From Dendrobates tinctorius (lineage: Eukaryota), in contig NW_027361690.1 in NCBI RefSeq assembly GCF_039654945.1, positions 96,782,001 through 96,846,000 of the forward strand: DNA of 64,000 bases. Direction: 5' to 3'. This document shows, piece by piece, positions 36,434 to 50,136 of this stretch; position 1 is the first letter of the stretch, and each line of letters opens with the position of its first letter. Under the pieces are notes generated by a model. The model saw only the letters and a list, made by a program, of their open reading frames with translations, was not told where the DNA came from and searched no databases. The translations under genes were made by a program, and so were the position numbers.

Positions 36434-39087
36434 CCCCTTAGTGACAGAGCCAGTTTGCAGCTTAATGACCAGGCCAATTTTTACAATTCTGACCACTGTC
36501 ACTTTTTGAGGTTATAACTCTGGAACGCTTTAATGGATCCCATGATTCTGAGAATGTTTTTTCGTGACATAGTCTACTTCATGTTAGCGGTAAAATTTCT
36601 TTGATAAGTCTTCTGTTTATGAAAAAAACGGAAATATGGCGAAAATTTTGCAATTTTAAAACTTTACATTTTTATGCCCTTAAATCAGAGAGATGTGTCA
36701 CACAAATTTCTTAATAAATAACATTTCCCACATGTCTACTTTACATCAGCACAATTTTGGAAGTAAAATTTTTTTTTTGTTAGGAAGTTATAAGGGTTAA
36801 AAGTTGACCAGCGATATCTCATTTTTACAACAAAATTTACAAAACCATTTTTTTTAGGGACCACATCATATTTAAATTCATTTTGAGGGGTGTACATGAC
36901 AGAAAATACCCAAAAGTGGCACCATTCTAAAAACTAGACCCCTCAAGGTGCTCAAAACCACATTCAAGAAGTTTATTAACCCTTTACGTGCTTCACAGGA
37001 ACTAAAGCAATGTGGAAGGAAAAAATTAACATTTAACTTTTTTTGCAAAAAATTTATTTCAGAACCAATTTTTTTTATTTTCACAAGTGTTAAAAGAGAA
37101 AGTCAACCACAAAATATATTGTGCAATTTCTCCTGAATACGCCGATACCCCATATGTGGGGGTAAACCACTTTTTCAGCACACGGCAGAGCTCGCAATGG
37201 AAGGAGCGCCGTTTGACTTTTTCAATGCAGAATTGGCTGGAATTTAGATCGGATGCCATGTTGCGTTCGGAGAGCCCTTAATGTGCCTAAACAGTGGAAA
37301 CCCCCAACAAGTGACCCAATTTTGGAAACTAGACCCCTTAAAGAACTTATCTAGATGTATGGTGAGCACTTTGAACCTTCAAGTGCTTCTCAGAAGTTTA
37401 TAACGTAGAGCCGTGAAAATAAAAAATCCATTTTTTCCACAAAAATGATCTTTTCGCCCCAAATTTTTATTTTTACAAGGGTAACAGGAGAAATCATACC
37501 CCCATAGTTGTTGTGCGATTTGTCCTGAGTACGCTGATACCCCATATGTGGGGGGGCAGCACTGTTTGGGCGCATGGGAGAGCTTGGAAGGGAAGGAGTG
37601 CCATTTTGGAATGTAGACTTTGATGGAATGGTCTGCGGGCATCATGTTGCGTTTGCAGAGCCCCTGATGGGCCTAAACAGTGGAAACCCCCAACAATTGA
37701 CCCTATTTTGGAAACTAGACCCATTAAGGAACTTGTGTAGATGTGTAGTGAGCACTTTGAACCTTCAAGTGCTTCACAGAAGTTTATAACGTAGAGCAGT
37801 GAAAATAAAAAATCCATTTTTTTCCACAAAAATGATCTTTTCGCTCCCAAGTTTTTATTTTTACAAGGGTAACAGGAGAAATCATACCCCCACAGTTGCT
37901 GTGTGATTTGTCCTGAGTACGCTGATACCCCATATGTGGGGGGGAACCACTGTTTGGGCACATGGGAGAGCTTGGAAGGGAAGGAGTGCCATTTTGGAAT
38001 GCAGACTTTGGTGGTATGGTCTGCGGGCGTCATGTTGCGTTTGCAGAGCCCCTGATGGGCCTAAACAGTGGAAACCCCCCATAAGTGACCCCATTTTGGA
38101 AATTAGACCCCCCAAGGAGCTTATCTAGATGTGTGGTGAGCACTTTGAACCCCCAAGCACTTCACAGAAGTTTATAAACGCAGAGCCGTGAAAATAAAAA
38201 GTCTTTTTTATTTACACAAAAGTGATTTTTTAGACCCCAATTTCTAGACCCCCAAAGTTGGTAAATAGTGGAAACCCCTCAATTCTTGCTCCAACCCTAA
38301 CCCCAACACACCCCTAACCCTAATCCCAACCCTAACCCTAATCCCAACCCTAATCCCTAATCATAATTCTAACCCTTTTCCTAGTTCGCCCTAACCCTAA
38401 TTCTAACCCCAGCCCTAACCTTAACCCTAGCCCAACCCTAACCCTAGCCATAACCCTAACCTTAGCCCTAACCCTAATGGAAAACTGAAAAAATAATATT
38501 TTCTTTATTTCGTTATGTTGGCCTAACTAAGGGGATGATAAACGGGGGGGGGTTATGTACTATTCTTTTTATTTTGATCACTATGATAGTTTATCATAGT
38601 GATCAAAATGAATAAATGGAATCTGCCAGCCGGAGCCGGCAGTTTCCCAGCAGGCGCACTGCGCATGCGCCCGCCATTTTTTTACGGATCCAAGATGGCG
38701 GCGCCAACCGGAGGATGCTGGCGGGACGCGGGACCACCGGGAGGGGACCCTGGACCACGGAGAGGTATCGGGGGATCGGGTACCCTAGTGCTCTCCTCTG
38801 ATGTGCGATCACATCAGAGGAAAGAGAAATTTAATGCAAAATCGCAGCTTTTTTTTTGCGGTCACCTTTATAGGGTTAATAATGGCGATCGCAAAAGCGG
38901 GGTCAGTAAAAACCGACCGATTCATGTTCTCTGGGGTCTCGGCTACCCCCGGCTGTCGATACCCCCGAGAAAATCTGACACTGGGGGGCGCTATTCACTT
39001 TCTCCACAGCGCCGTGAATTAGCGGCGCTGTGGTTTATGTGCACTTCATTACCGCCGTTAAAAGGCATATTGGTGGTCGCTAAGGGG
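36434..39087 (-). mobile_element. Non-autonomous piggyBac-type element D (same subfamily as C)
   Basis: TTAA TSD 36430-36433 and 39088-39091; tandem units and telomere-like tract 38293-38476. Confidence 0.9.
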
Positions 39088-39227
39088 TTAAATAAAACAA
39101 GCATATGATAAACACTCATGAGTAATAAAAAGAATTACAAACAAGACACACATCTACATTATAATGAATTAATTATTAATACCTATAAAATAATAAAAGT
39201 ATAAAAATGTTTATTATTAAAAACCCT

Positions 39228-39780
39228 TGTCATGGTCCAGTCCGGAGTTTATCTTCTGCTGTCTTCTCTCCGGACTGGTCATGCGGGGATTAATCTCCTC
39301 AGCCTCGTTCTGGAGCTAGCTGGGCTATTTCAGTCTCTCACAGCCTGCTGACCAGTGTTACTGATAGCTCAAGCTTCCAATTAGAGCCTCTGACCCTTGT
39401 ACCTTGGTGATCTTCCTGCCTTTGACTGATTTTCACGTGTATGACCCGGACTGATCTCTGACCCCATCTCTTGGTATTCGTCTCTGCTGTTATGTTCCCT
39501 CTCTGGCATCTGACCCCCCGGCTTGTATCCCGACCACGTATTTCGTCTCACGTTTTGGACCCCGTGCTCATGTTTTGGCTTTCTGACTCTCGGCTTGGTA
39601 TTTTGACTACGTGTATTGCTGCGCCTTCTGGTACATCTGCTCCTGCTACTTTCTGACTCGGTTCATCTGACTATTCTCTCTCTCGTTACCTGTGGCCCCT
39701 GTGCTGTTGCTCAGGGTTGCTGCTCATAGTGTATAACCTCTCTTCCCTCAACAGCTTCCCCTGGTGGAGGTTTCACTACA
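39228..39780. repeat. Solo LTR (553 bp)
   Basis: TGTCATG...CTACA with ACCCT TSD (39223-39227, 39781-39785). Confidence 0.85.
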
Positions 39781-40111
39781 ACCCTCTCACAAAGGCAAGA
39801 GAAAGACATATAGAATATAATGATAAAAATGCACAAAACTGAAATAAAAAAAAATTAATGAATGTCTATTCAAATCCATTTTGTTTTGCATTGTGCGAGT
39901 ATACGGCTAATTTTAGCACCTCTAATGTTTGTTTTAATTAAATCAATACCTCTAACTCTCAATTGGGTGCTGTCACAATTGTGATGGAGCTTAAAATGTC
40001 TAGGAATGGTCTTCAAATTATTCACATCATTTTCACCTGCAGCCGCTTTTATGCCAAAAACGTGTTCCTGTATTCGGATTTTTAACATCCTTGTAGTTAG
40101 CCCTACATATA

Positions 40112-41719
40112 CAGTGGGGAAAAAAAGTATTTAGTCAGTCAGCAATAGTGCAAGTTCCACCACTTAAAAAGATGAGAGGCGTCTGTAATTTACATCATAG
40201 GTAGACCTCAACTATGGGAGACAAACTGAGAAAAAAAAATCCAGAAAATCACATTGTCTGTTTTTTTTTCATTTAATTTGCATATTATGGTGGAAAATAA
40301 GTATTTGGTCAGAAACAAGCAATCAAGATTTCTGGCTCTCACAGACCTGTAACTTCTTCTTTAAGAGTCTCCTCTTTCCTCCACTCATTACCTGTAGTAA
40401 TGGCACCTGTTTAAACTTGTTATCAGTATAAAAAGACACCTGTGCACACCCTCAAACAGTCTGACTCCAAACTCCACTATGGTGAAGACCAAAGAGCTGT
40501 CAAAGGACACCAGAAACAAAATTGTAGCCCTGCACCAGGCTGGGAAGACTGAATCTGCAATAGCCAACCAGCTTGGAGTGAAGAAATCAACTGTGGGAGC
40601 AATAATTAGAAAATGGAAGACATACAAGACCACTGATAATCTCCCTCGATCTGGTGCTCCACGCAAAATCCCACCCCGTGGGGTCAGAATGATCACAAGA
40701 ACGGTGAGCAAAAATCCCAGAACCACGCGGGGGGACCTAGTGAATGAACTGCAGAGAGCTGGGACCAATGTAACAAGGCCTACCATAAGTAACACACTAC
40801 GCCACCATGGACTCAGATCCTGCAGTGCCAGACGTGTCCCACTGCTTAAGCCTGTACATGTCCGGGCCCGTCTGAAGTTTGCTAGAGAGCATTTGGATGA
40901 TCCAGAGGAGTTTTGGGAGAATGTCCTATGGTCTGATGAAACCAAACTGGAACTGTTTGGTAGAAACACAACTTGTCGTGTTTGGAGGAAAAAGAATACT
41001 GAGTTGCATCCATCAAACACCATACCTACTGTAAAGCATGGTGGTGGAAACATCATGCTTTGGGGCTGTTTCTCTGCAAAGGGGCCAGGACGACTGATCC
41101 GGGTACATGAAAGAATGAATGGGGCCATGTATCGTGAGATTTTGAGTGCAAACCTCCTTCCATCAGCAAGGGCATTGAAGATGAAACGTGGCTGGGTCTT
41201 TCAACATGACAATGATCCAAAGCACACCGCCAGGGCAACGAAGGAGTGGCTTCGTAAGAAGCATTTCAAGGTCCTGGAGTGGCCTAGCCAGTCTCCAGAT
41301 CTCAACCCTATAGAAAACCTTTGGAGGGAGTTGAAAGTCCGTTTTGACAAGCAAAAAAAAACAAAAACATCACTGCTCTAGAGGAGATCTGCATGGAGGA
41401 ATGGGCCAACATACCAACAACAGTGTGTGGCAACCTTGTGAAGACTTACAGAAAACGTTTGACCTCTGTCATTGCCAACAAAGGATATATCACAAAGTAT
41501 TGAGATGAAATTTTGTTTCTGACCAAATACTTATTTTCCACCATAATATGCAAATAAAATGAAAAAAAAACAGACAATGTGATTTTCTGGATTTTTTTTT
41601 CTCAGTTTGTCTCCCATAGTTGAGGTCTACCTATGATGTAAATTACAGACGCCTCTCATCTTTTTAAGTAGTGGAACTTGCACTATTGCTGACTGACTAA
41701 ATACTTTTCTTCCCCACTG
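40112..41719 (+). mobile_element. Full-length Tc1 DNA transposon (1608 bp, ~200-bp TIRs)
   Basis: TA|CAGTGGGG...CCCCACTG|TA; long near-identical inverted repeats. Confidence 0.97.
40479..41503 (+). pseudogene. Tc1 DD34E transposase, single frameshift in A-run at ~41353-41361
   Basis: [26 protein letters not shown] (34 residues between D and E); C-terminus ...NKGYITKY* continues in another frame. Confidence 0.95.
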
Positions 41720-43061
41720 TATTTTATTACATGGACATGTAGCAAAATATATGACTGCTTTCGAGTTACATGTTATGCGATGTCTGATTTTTTACATCCT
41801 GGTGCCCTCTTGATTATGGAACGTTTTAACTCGTTCCATATTTGGGCATGCTACACAATCTCCACAAGGGTACGATCCATTCTCTCCCCTTGGAAACTTA
41901 TCCAAAAAAGTCCATCTTGAATTAGTCTCAAAATGACTTCTTACTAAATGATCCTTCAAATTATTTTCCCGACGGAAGGTAATTTGAGGTTTCTCAGGTA
42001 AATAATTTGCCAATATAGAATCGGCACGTAAAACCGGCCAAAATTTATTCAGACTTCTATTTATATCATCATCATGAGCACAATATTTTGTTAAAAAACA
42101 TGCTTTATTCGTAGTAATTGGTGGATTACAAGAATATAGCAATTCATTACGTGATGAATGTTTGGCTCTTTGATATGCCCGTTTCACCATATGACAACTG
42201 TATCCACGGTCATAAAATCTCATTTTGAGATCTTGTGCTTGTAACTTAAAATCCTTATCTGAGGAACAAATTCTCCTCAGATGGAGAAACTGACCAGTGG
42301 GTACAGATGTAACTACAGATTGGGGATGGGCAGATGTGGCATGTAGCAAAGCGTTCACAGTGGTAGGTTTTCAGAAAATATTAGTTTGTAAAACATTATT
42401 TTCATCACGTCTAATTTTCACATCCAGAAAGTCCACCGTGTCAGAATTGGCTGTATAGGTCAAGTGGAAACAAACAACTTCAGCTCCTCAATTGTACCCC
42501 ACCAAATAAATATGTCGTCGATGTACCGTGCCTATAAGAAATAAAGCATGGTGATATGATAATGGTATCTTCTCATCACTGCACTGACTATAAGCTTAAA
42601 GAAGACTAACTATGTAATATACAGGGAGTGTACATAAATTGTAAGATCATAAATGTTAGGATCATAGCACATGCCTAGAAGAGTAGAGGGACTTCTTCCG
42701 CTCAATTTTATTAGAACAATTATAACCAGTTGGTACCATGAAGCTCATAGGTCCCTTGAAAAAAACTTTAAAATGGCCCCAAACTATCACACGATCTTCT
42801 CAGAGGGGCTGCACGTAAAACAAATATTTATTGACTAGAACTACTATTGAACCAGAAGATCTCCAACTACTGATTATTTTTAACTAAAGCTAAGTGACCG
42901 ACTAATAATTAATGGATCAGAAGAATCAACTATTTAGTAGTAGGATACTCACAATTTGGGTGGACAAGGAAGACACTTGGAATTTAAGCTATTTTAGCAG
43001 ATGATTATTCCCAAAATACTGTTTTAGATGAGAATTAACTATATTTCACTGAGTTAGTCAC

Positions 43062-43130
43062 TTTTTTGATGATGTTCTTTGCCTCCATGCTGGAGGCTCT
43101 AAATAGTCCTCAATGGTTTTTGGATTTGCT
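43062..43130 (-). pseudogene. 3' end of kinase exon VIb-X, copy 3 (truncated)
   Basis: GLFRASSMEAKNIIKK followed by paralogous intron. Confidence 0.75.
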
Positions 43131-43134
43131 GCTT

Positions 43135-43273
43135 GTGCAGCATTATATGGGGCATACTGTATATTAATATGGAGCATGTTGCATTTCCCACCCTCGACTT
43201 ATACTCGAGTCAATAAGTTTTCCCAGTTTTTTGTGGCAAAATTAGAGGGGTCGGCTTATACACGAGTATATAC
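43135..43273. mobile_element. Terminal fragment of a small non-autonomous DNA transposon
   Basis: TCGACTTATACTCGAGT...TCGGCTTATACACGAGTATATAC subterminal repeats; family recognised from memory only. Confidence 0.5.
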
Positions 43274-43585
43274 AAAAAATATTTTTTATTTATCTTTTAT
43301 AATCATTTCCCTGTTTGAGCACGGTGATTTTGCATTCTCAAAAAAAATGGGAATTATAAGAACAATTTTTACCTGAGAGAATATATATATATATATATTA
43401 ATAAAAAATAAAAAAACCCAAAACACATAGAAAATGAGGTTTTTTTTTATTAGATTCTAAGTAATATAGATTCCACCTACAGCTAGCCTCCCAACAGTTT
43501 GGAGAGGTGTGCATGTGTTTTTAATTGATGATAATTGATTGAAGGGTGGAACCTTTTTTTCCCCCTTTATAAATGTGTCTTTTAA

Positions 43586-46500
43586 CCCCTTCACCCCCAA
43601 GGGTGGTTTGCACGTTCATGACCGGGCCAATTTTTACAATACTGACCACTGTACCTTTATGAGGTCATAACTCTCGAACGCTTCCATGGATCCCGGTGAT
43701 TCTGACATTGTTTTCTCGTGACATATTGTACTTCATGTTAGTGGTAAAATTTCATTCAAATAACTTGCGTTTATTTGTGAGAAAAACGGAAATTTGGCGA
43801 AAATTTTGAAAATTTCGCAATTTTCCAACTTTGAATTTTTATGCCCTTAAATCACAGAGATACGGCACACAAAAAACTTGATAACTAACATTTCCCACAT
43901 GTTTACTTTACATCAGCACAATTTTGGAACCAAAATTTTTTTTTGTTAGGAAGTTATAAGGGTTAAAAGTTGACCAGCGATTTCTCATTTTTACAACACC
44001 ATTTTATTTTTAGGACCACATCACATTTGAAGCCACTTTGAGGGGTCTATATGATAGAAAATACCCAAAAGTGACACCATTCTAAAAACTGCACCCCTTA
44101 AGGTGCTCAAAACCACATTCAAGAAGTTTATTAACCCTTTAGGTGCGTCACAGGAATTTTTTTGAATATTTAAAAAAAAATGAACATCTAACTTTTTTTC
44201 ATAAAAAAAATACTTCAGGTTCAATTTTTTTTATTTTACCAAGGGTAACAGGAGAAATTGAACTGCAAAAGTTATTGTGCAATTTGTCCTGAGTACGCAG
44301 ATACCTGATATGTGGGGGGGAACGACTGTTTCGGCGCATGGCAGAGCTCAGAATGGAAGGAGCGCCGTTTGACTTTTTCAATGCAAAATTGGCTGGAATT
44401 CAGATTGGACGCCATGTCACGTTTGGAGAGTCCCTGATGTACCTAAAGAGTGGAAACCCCCTACAAGTGACCCCATTTTGGAAACTAGACCCCCCAAGGA
44501 ACTTATCTAGATATGTGGTGAGAACTTTGAACCCACAAGGGCTTTACAGAAGTTTATAACGTACAGCGGTACAATTAAAAAATCATATTTTTTCCACAAA
44601 AATGATCTTTTCACCCCAATTTTTATTTTCCCAAGGGTAACAGGACCCTAAAAGTTATTGTGCAATTTGTCCTGAGTACGCTGATACTCCACATGTGGGG
44701 GTAAACCACTATTTGGGCGCATGGCAGAGCTCGGAAGGGAAGCAGCGCCATTTGACGTTTTTGGCTGGAATTGAGATCGGACACCATGTCGCGTTTGGAA
44801 AACCCCTGATGTACCAAAACAGTGGAAACCCCCCACAAATGACACCATTTTGGAAACTAGACCCCCTAAGGAACTTATCTAGATGTGTGGTGAGAACTTT
44901 GAACCCCCATGGGCTTCACAGAAGTTTATAACATAAAGCCATACAATTAAAAAATCATATTTTTTCAACAAAAATGATCTTTTCACCCTCAATTCTTATT
45001 TTTCCAAGGGTAACAGGACCCTAAAATTTATTGTGCAATTTGTCCTGAGTACGCTGATACCCCACATGTGGGGGTAAACCACTATTTGGGGGCATGGCAG
45101 AGCTCGGAAGGGAAGCAGCGCCATTTGACGTTTTTGGCTGGAATTGAGATCGGACACCATGTCGCGTTTGGAAAACTCCTGATGTACCAAAACAGTGGAA
45201 CCCCCCACAAATGACACCATTTTGGAAACTAGACCCCCTAAGGAACTTATCTAGATGTGTGGTGAGCACTTTGACCCCCCCAGTGCTTCACAGAAGTTTA
45301 CAACGCCCGGGCGTGAAAATAAAAAATTCGTATTTTTTCCACAAACATGATCTTTTAGTCACCATTTTTTTATTTTCCCAAGGGTACCAGGAGAAATTGG
45401 ACCCCAAAAGTTGTTGTCCAATTTGTCCTGAGTATGCTGATACCCGATATGTGGGAGAAAACTACTGTATGGGCACACGTCGGGGCTCGGAAGGGAAGTA
45501 GTGACGTTTTGGAATGCAGACTTTGATGGAATGGTCTGCGGGTGTCATGTTGCCTTTGGAGAGCCCCTAATGTACCTAAACAGTGGAAACCCCCCACAAA
45601 TGACACCATTTTGTAAACTAGACCCCCAAAGGAACTTATCTAGATGTGTGGTGAGCACTTTGACCCCCCCAGTGCTTCACAGAAGTTTACAACGCCCGGG
45701 CGTGAAAATAAAAAATTCTTATTTTTTTCCACAAACATGATCTTTTAGTCACCATTTTTTTATTTTCCCAAGGGTACCAGGATAAATTGGACCCCAAAAG
45801 TTGTTTTCCAATTTGTCCTGAGTACGCTGCTACCCCATATGTGGGAGAAAACTACTGTATGGGCACACGTCAGGGCTCGGAAGGGAAGTAGTGACGTTTT
45901 GGAATGCAGACTTTGATGGAATGGTCTGCGGGTGTCATGTTGCCTTTGGAGAGCCCCTAATGTACCTAAACAGTGGAAACCCCCCACAAATGACACCATT
46001 TTTAAACTAGACCCCCCAAGGAACTTATCTAGATGTGTGGTGAGCACTTTGACCCCCCCAGTGCTTCACAGAAGTTTACAACGCCCGGGTGTGAAAATAA
46101 AAAATTCGTATTTTTTCCACAAACATGATCTTTTAGTCACCATTTTTTTTATTTTCCCAAGGGTACCAGGAGAAATTGGACCCCAAAAGTTGTTGTCCAA
46201 TTTGTCCTGAGTACGCTGACACCCCATATGTGGGAGAAAACTACTGTATGGACACACGTCGGGGCTCGGAAGGGAAGCAGTGACGTTTTGGAATGCAGAC
46301 TTTGATGGAATGGTCTGCAGGTGTCATGTGCGTTTGGAGAGCCCCTGATGTACCTAAACTATTGAAACTCCCCACAAGTGACCCCATTTTGGACACTAGA
46401 CCCCCCACGGAACTTATCTAGATGTGTGGTGAGCACTTTGAACCCCCAAGTGCTTCACAGAAGTTTATAACACTCGGACGTGAAAATAAAAAAATCATTT

Positions 46501-48424
46501 TTTTCCACAAAAATGATATTTTTGCCCCCAATTTTTTATTTTCCTAAGGGTAACAGGAGAAATTGGACCCCAAAAATTGTTTTGCAATTTGTCCTGAGTA
46601 GGCTGATACCCTACATGAGGGGGTAAAACACTGTTTGGGCGCATAGCAGAGCTTGGAAGGGAAGGAGCACCATTTGACTTTTTCAACTCAGAATTGGCTG
46701 GAATTGAGATCAGACGCCATGTTGCATTTGGAGAGCCCCTTATGTGCCCAAACAGTGGAAACCCCCAATTCTAACTCCAACCCGAACCCCANNNNNNNNN
46801 NNNNNNNNNNNNNNNNNNNNNNNNNNNNNNNNNNNNNNNNNNNNNNNNNNNNNNNNNNNNNNNNNNNNNNNNNNNNNNNNNNNNNNNNNNNNNNNNNNNN
46901 NNNNNNNNNNNNNNNNNNNNCCCCTAGCCCTAACCCTAGCCCTAACCCTAATGGAAAAATGGAAATAAATACATTTTTTTTATTTTATTATTTTTCCCTA
47001 ACTAAAGGGGTGATAACGGGGGGTTTGATTTACTATTTATGGCGGTTTTTATGTTTGGCGGCTGTCGCACGCTAAAAGACGCTTTTTATTGTAAAAATAG
47101 TTTTTGCATCACCACATATTGAGAGCTATAATTTTTCCGTATTTTGACTCACCGAGTCATGTGAGGTCTTATTTTTTGCGGGACGAGTTGACGTTTTTAT
47201 TGGTACCATTTTCGGGCATGTGAAATTTTTTGATCGCTTTTTATTCCGATTTTTGGGACGCAGAATGAACAAAAACCAGCGTTTCATGAATTTCTTTTGG
47301 GGGGGGTGCGTTTACACCGTTCCGCGTGCGGTAAAATTGATAAAGCGGTTTTATTCTTCGGGTCAGTACGGTTACAGCGATACCTCATTTAGGTCGTTTT
47401 TTTATGTTTTTGTCGGTTTTATGCAATGAAAACTATTTTATATAAAAAATAATTATTTTTGCATCGCTTTATTCTGCGAGTTATAACTTTTTTATTTTTT
47501 CGCTGATGATGCTGTGTGGCAGCTTGTTTTTTGCGGGACAAGATGACGTTTTCAGCGGTACCATGGATATTTATATGCGTCTTTTTGATCGCGCGTTATT
47601 GCACTTTTTGTTTGGCGGTATGATAATAAATCATTATTTTTTGCTTCGTTTTTTATTTTTATTTTTTAAGGGGTTCGCTAAAGGGGTTAACTAATGGGAC
47701 AGTTTTATAGGGCAGGTCGTTACGGACGCGGCGATACCTAATATGTGTACATTTATTGTTTTTTTTTTTTATTATTTTAGAAAAATGAATTTATTGGGGA
47801 ATATTTTTTTTTTTTTTTACTAATTTATTTGGCGATTTTTTTTCATTTATTTTTACACTTTTTTTTAAATTTTTTTTTACTTTATTACATAGTCCCAGGT
47901 GGGACATCACTGTCCTGTGACAGATCGCTGATCTGTCACATCACAGATCACTGTGACAGATCAGCAATCTGTCACAGGCAGTGCACAAGGCTTCCTCATG
48001 CCTGCGCTTTGCAGGCACTGAGGAAGCCAGCTTCCCCAGGCCCCCGAAGGCCCCCGTCGCCATCTTGGATTCGGGGGCCTGGAGGATAGGAGCCCCCCGC
48101 AGCAGCGCTGCACATTGCGCTGCCGTGGGGGGCTCAGGGAAGCACGGAGGGAGCCCCCTCCCTGCCGATGCTTCCCTTTAACTCCCGGTACACCGCGATC
48201 GCGTTTGATCGCGGTGTGCAAGGGGTTAACGTGTCGGGGGCGGTCCGTGACCGCCCCTGACACATTGTGCCGGGTGTCAGCTGTGATAATCAGCTGACAC
48301 CCGGCCGCGATCAGCGGCGCTCACCACGTGGGCGCCGCTGATCGCGGTAGACGTACTATCCCGTCCCCGGTCATACGGGCCCGGGTACCGTGGACGGGAT
48401 AGTACGTCTCATGTCAGGAAGGGG
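43586..48424 (-). mobile_element. Non-autonomous piggyBac-type element E (inverted relative to B); contains assembly gap 46792-46920
   Basis: TTAA TSD 43582-43585 and 48425-48428; tandem array ~44240-46770. Confidence 0.9.
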
Positions 48425-48442
48425 TTAAAGATATATAATTTT

Positions 48443-48484
48443 ACCTGATGAAGTCTAATGTTATGTATAGCCAAAACGCGTTGT
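48443..48484 (+). ncRNA. Degenerate hammerhead ribozyme (GAAA>AAAA)
   Basis: AC CTGATGA AGTCTA...TAGCC AAAA CGCG TT GT. Confidence 0.55.
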
Positions 48485-48585
48485 GTTTTTATGTCTAATA
48501 ATATATTGGCTATTCCTTGAAATATTCGGAGTAATTAATGAATCAGCCGGAAGCGCTCCTTGACAAACTGGAAATCCTATTCTGC

Positions 48586-50136
48586 AAAGATACCAAATGT
48601 AAATTTTTGGTGAAGAATCAATAACAAGTGGAATACAATTGTGAAGTTGAACAAAATTTATAGGTTATTTTAAATTTTTGTGGAAATTCAAAAAGTGGGG
48701 CATGCAATATTATTCGGCCCCTTTAACTTAATATTTTGTTGCGCCACCTTTTGCTGCGATTACAGCTGCAAGTCACTTAGGGTATGTCTCTATCAGTTTT
48801 GTACATCGAGAGACTGAAATTCTTGCCCATTCTTCCTTGGCAAACAGCTCAAGCTCAGTGAGGTTTGATGGAGATCGTTTGTGAACAGCAATTTTCAGCT
48901 CTTTCCACAGATTCTCGATTGGATTCAGGTCTGGACTTTGACTTGGCCACTCTAACACCTGGATCCGTTAATTTGTGAACCATTCCATTGTAGATTTTGC
49001 TTTATGTTTGGGATCATTGTCTTGTTGGAAGACAAATCTCCGTCACAGTCTCAGGTCTTTTGCAGACTCCAACAGGTTTTCTTCAAGAATGGTCCTGTAT
49101 TTGGCTCCATTAATCTTCTCATCAATTTTAACCATCTTCCCTGTCCCTGCTGAAGAAAAGCAGGCCCAAACCATGATGCTGCCACCACCATATTTTACAG
49201 TGGGGATAGTGTGTTCAGGGCGATGAGCTGTGTTGCCTTTGCACCAAACATATCGTTTGGCATTGTTGCTAAAAAGTTCGATTTTGGTTTCATCTGACCA
49301 GAGCACCTTCTTCCACATGTTTGGTGTGTCTCCCAGGTGGCTTGTTGCAAACTTTAAACAACATTTTTATGGATATCTATGAGAAATGGCTTTCTTCTTG
49401 CCACTCTTCCATAAAGGCCAGATTTGTGCAGTGTATGACTGATTGTTGTCCTATGGACAGACTGTCCCACCTCAGCTGTAGATCTCTGCAGTTCATCCAG
49501 AGTGATCATGGGCCTCTTGGCTGCATCTCTGATCTGTCTTCTCCTTGTTTGAGATGAAAGTTTAGAGGAACGACCAGGTCTTGGTAGATTTACAGTGGTA
49601 TGATACTCCTTCCATTTCAGTATGATCGCTTGCACAGTGCTCCTTGGGATGTTTAAAGTTTTGGAAATCATTTTGCATCCACATCCGGCTTTAAACTTCT
49701 CCACAGCAGTATCACGGACCTGCCTGTTGTGTTCCTTAGTCTTCATGATGCTCTCTGTGCTTCAAAGAGAACCCTGAGACTATCACAGAGCAGGTGCATT
49801 TATACAGAGAATTGAGTACACACAGGTGGTTTATATTTATCATCATTAGTTGTTTACGACAACTTTGGATCATTCAGAGATCCACAATTAACTTCTGGAG
49901 TGAGTTTGCTGCACTGAAAGTAAAGGGGCTGAATAATATTGCACGCCCCACTTTTCAGTTTTTGAATTTCCACAATAACTTAAATAACCAATAAATTTCG
50001 TTCAACCTCAAATTTTGTTTTTCACGTGTTGTTGTTTCTTTGCCAACAGTTTACATTTGGTATCTTTATGTTTGAAGTATGATATGTGGGAAAAGGTTGA
50101 AAAGTTCCAGGGGGCTGAATACTTTTGCAAGGACTG
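48586..50136 (-). mobile_element. Degenerate Tc1 transposon (Passport-like transposase), left TIR truncated
   Basis: ORF pieces MKTKEH..., [27 protein letters not shown]; TIR ends ...GAATACTTTTGCAAGGACTG. Confidence 0.9.

Larger units (their letters stand above)
33093..42531 (-). mobile_element. Penelope-like element 2 (5'-truncated) with multiple secondary insertions
   Basis: 14-bp TSD CTATAAGAAATAAA (33079-33092, 42532-42545); empty site at ~28784; RYIDD, PTGQFLHLRRICS, CGDCVAC, VIYFATCPCNKIYVGLT. Confidence 0.85.
39870..42531 (-). pseudogene. Penelope RT C-terminus, Cys-rich linker and GIY-YIG endonuclease, split by Tc1
   Basis: ORFs 41792..42358 and 39870..40088; frame restored on removing Tc1 and one TA. 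Confidence 0.9.

Noticed and set aside
40388-41128. 246-aa ORF on the - strand
   Set aside because: Antisense shadow of the Tc1 transposase
44240-46770. Regularly spaced repeats that could resemble a CRISPR array
   Set aside because: Whole units are repeated with no unique spacers, there are no cas genes, and the context is eukaryotic
46792-46920. Poly-X ORFs and a possible chromosome end
   Set aside because: Assembly gap inside a transposon-internal telomere-like tract
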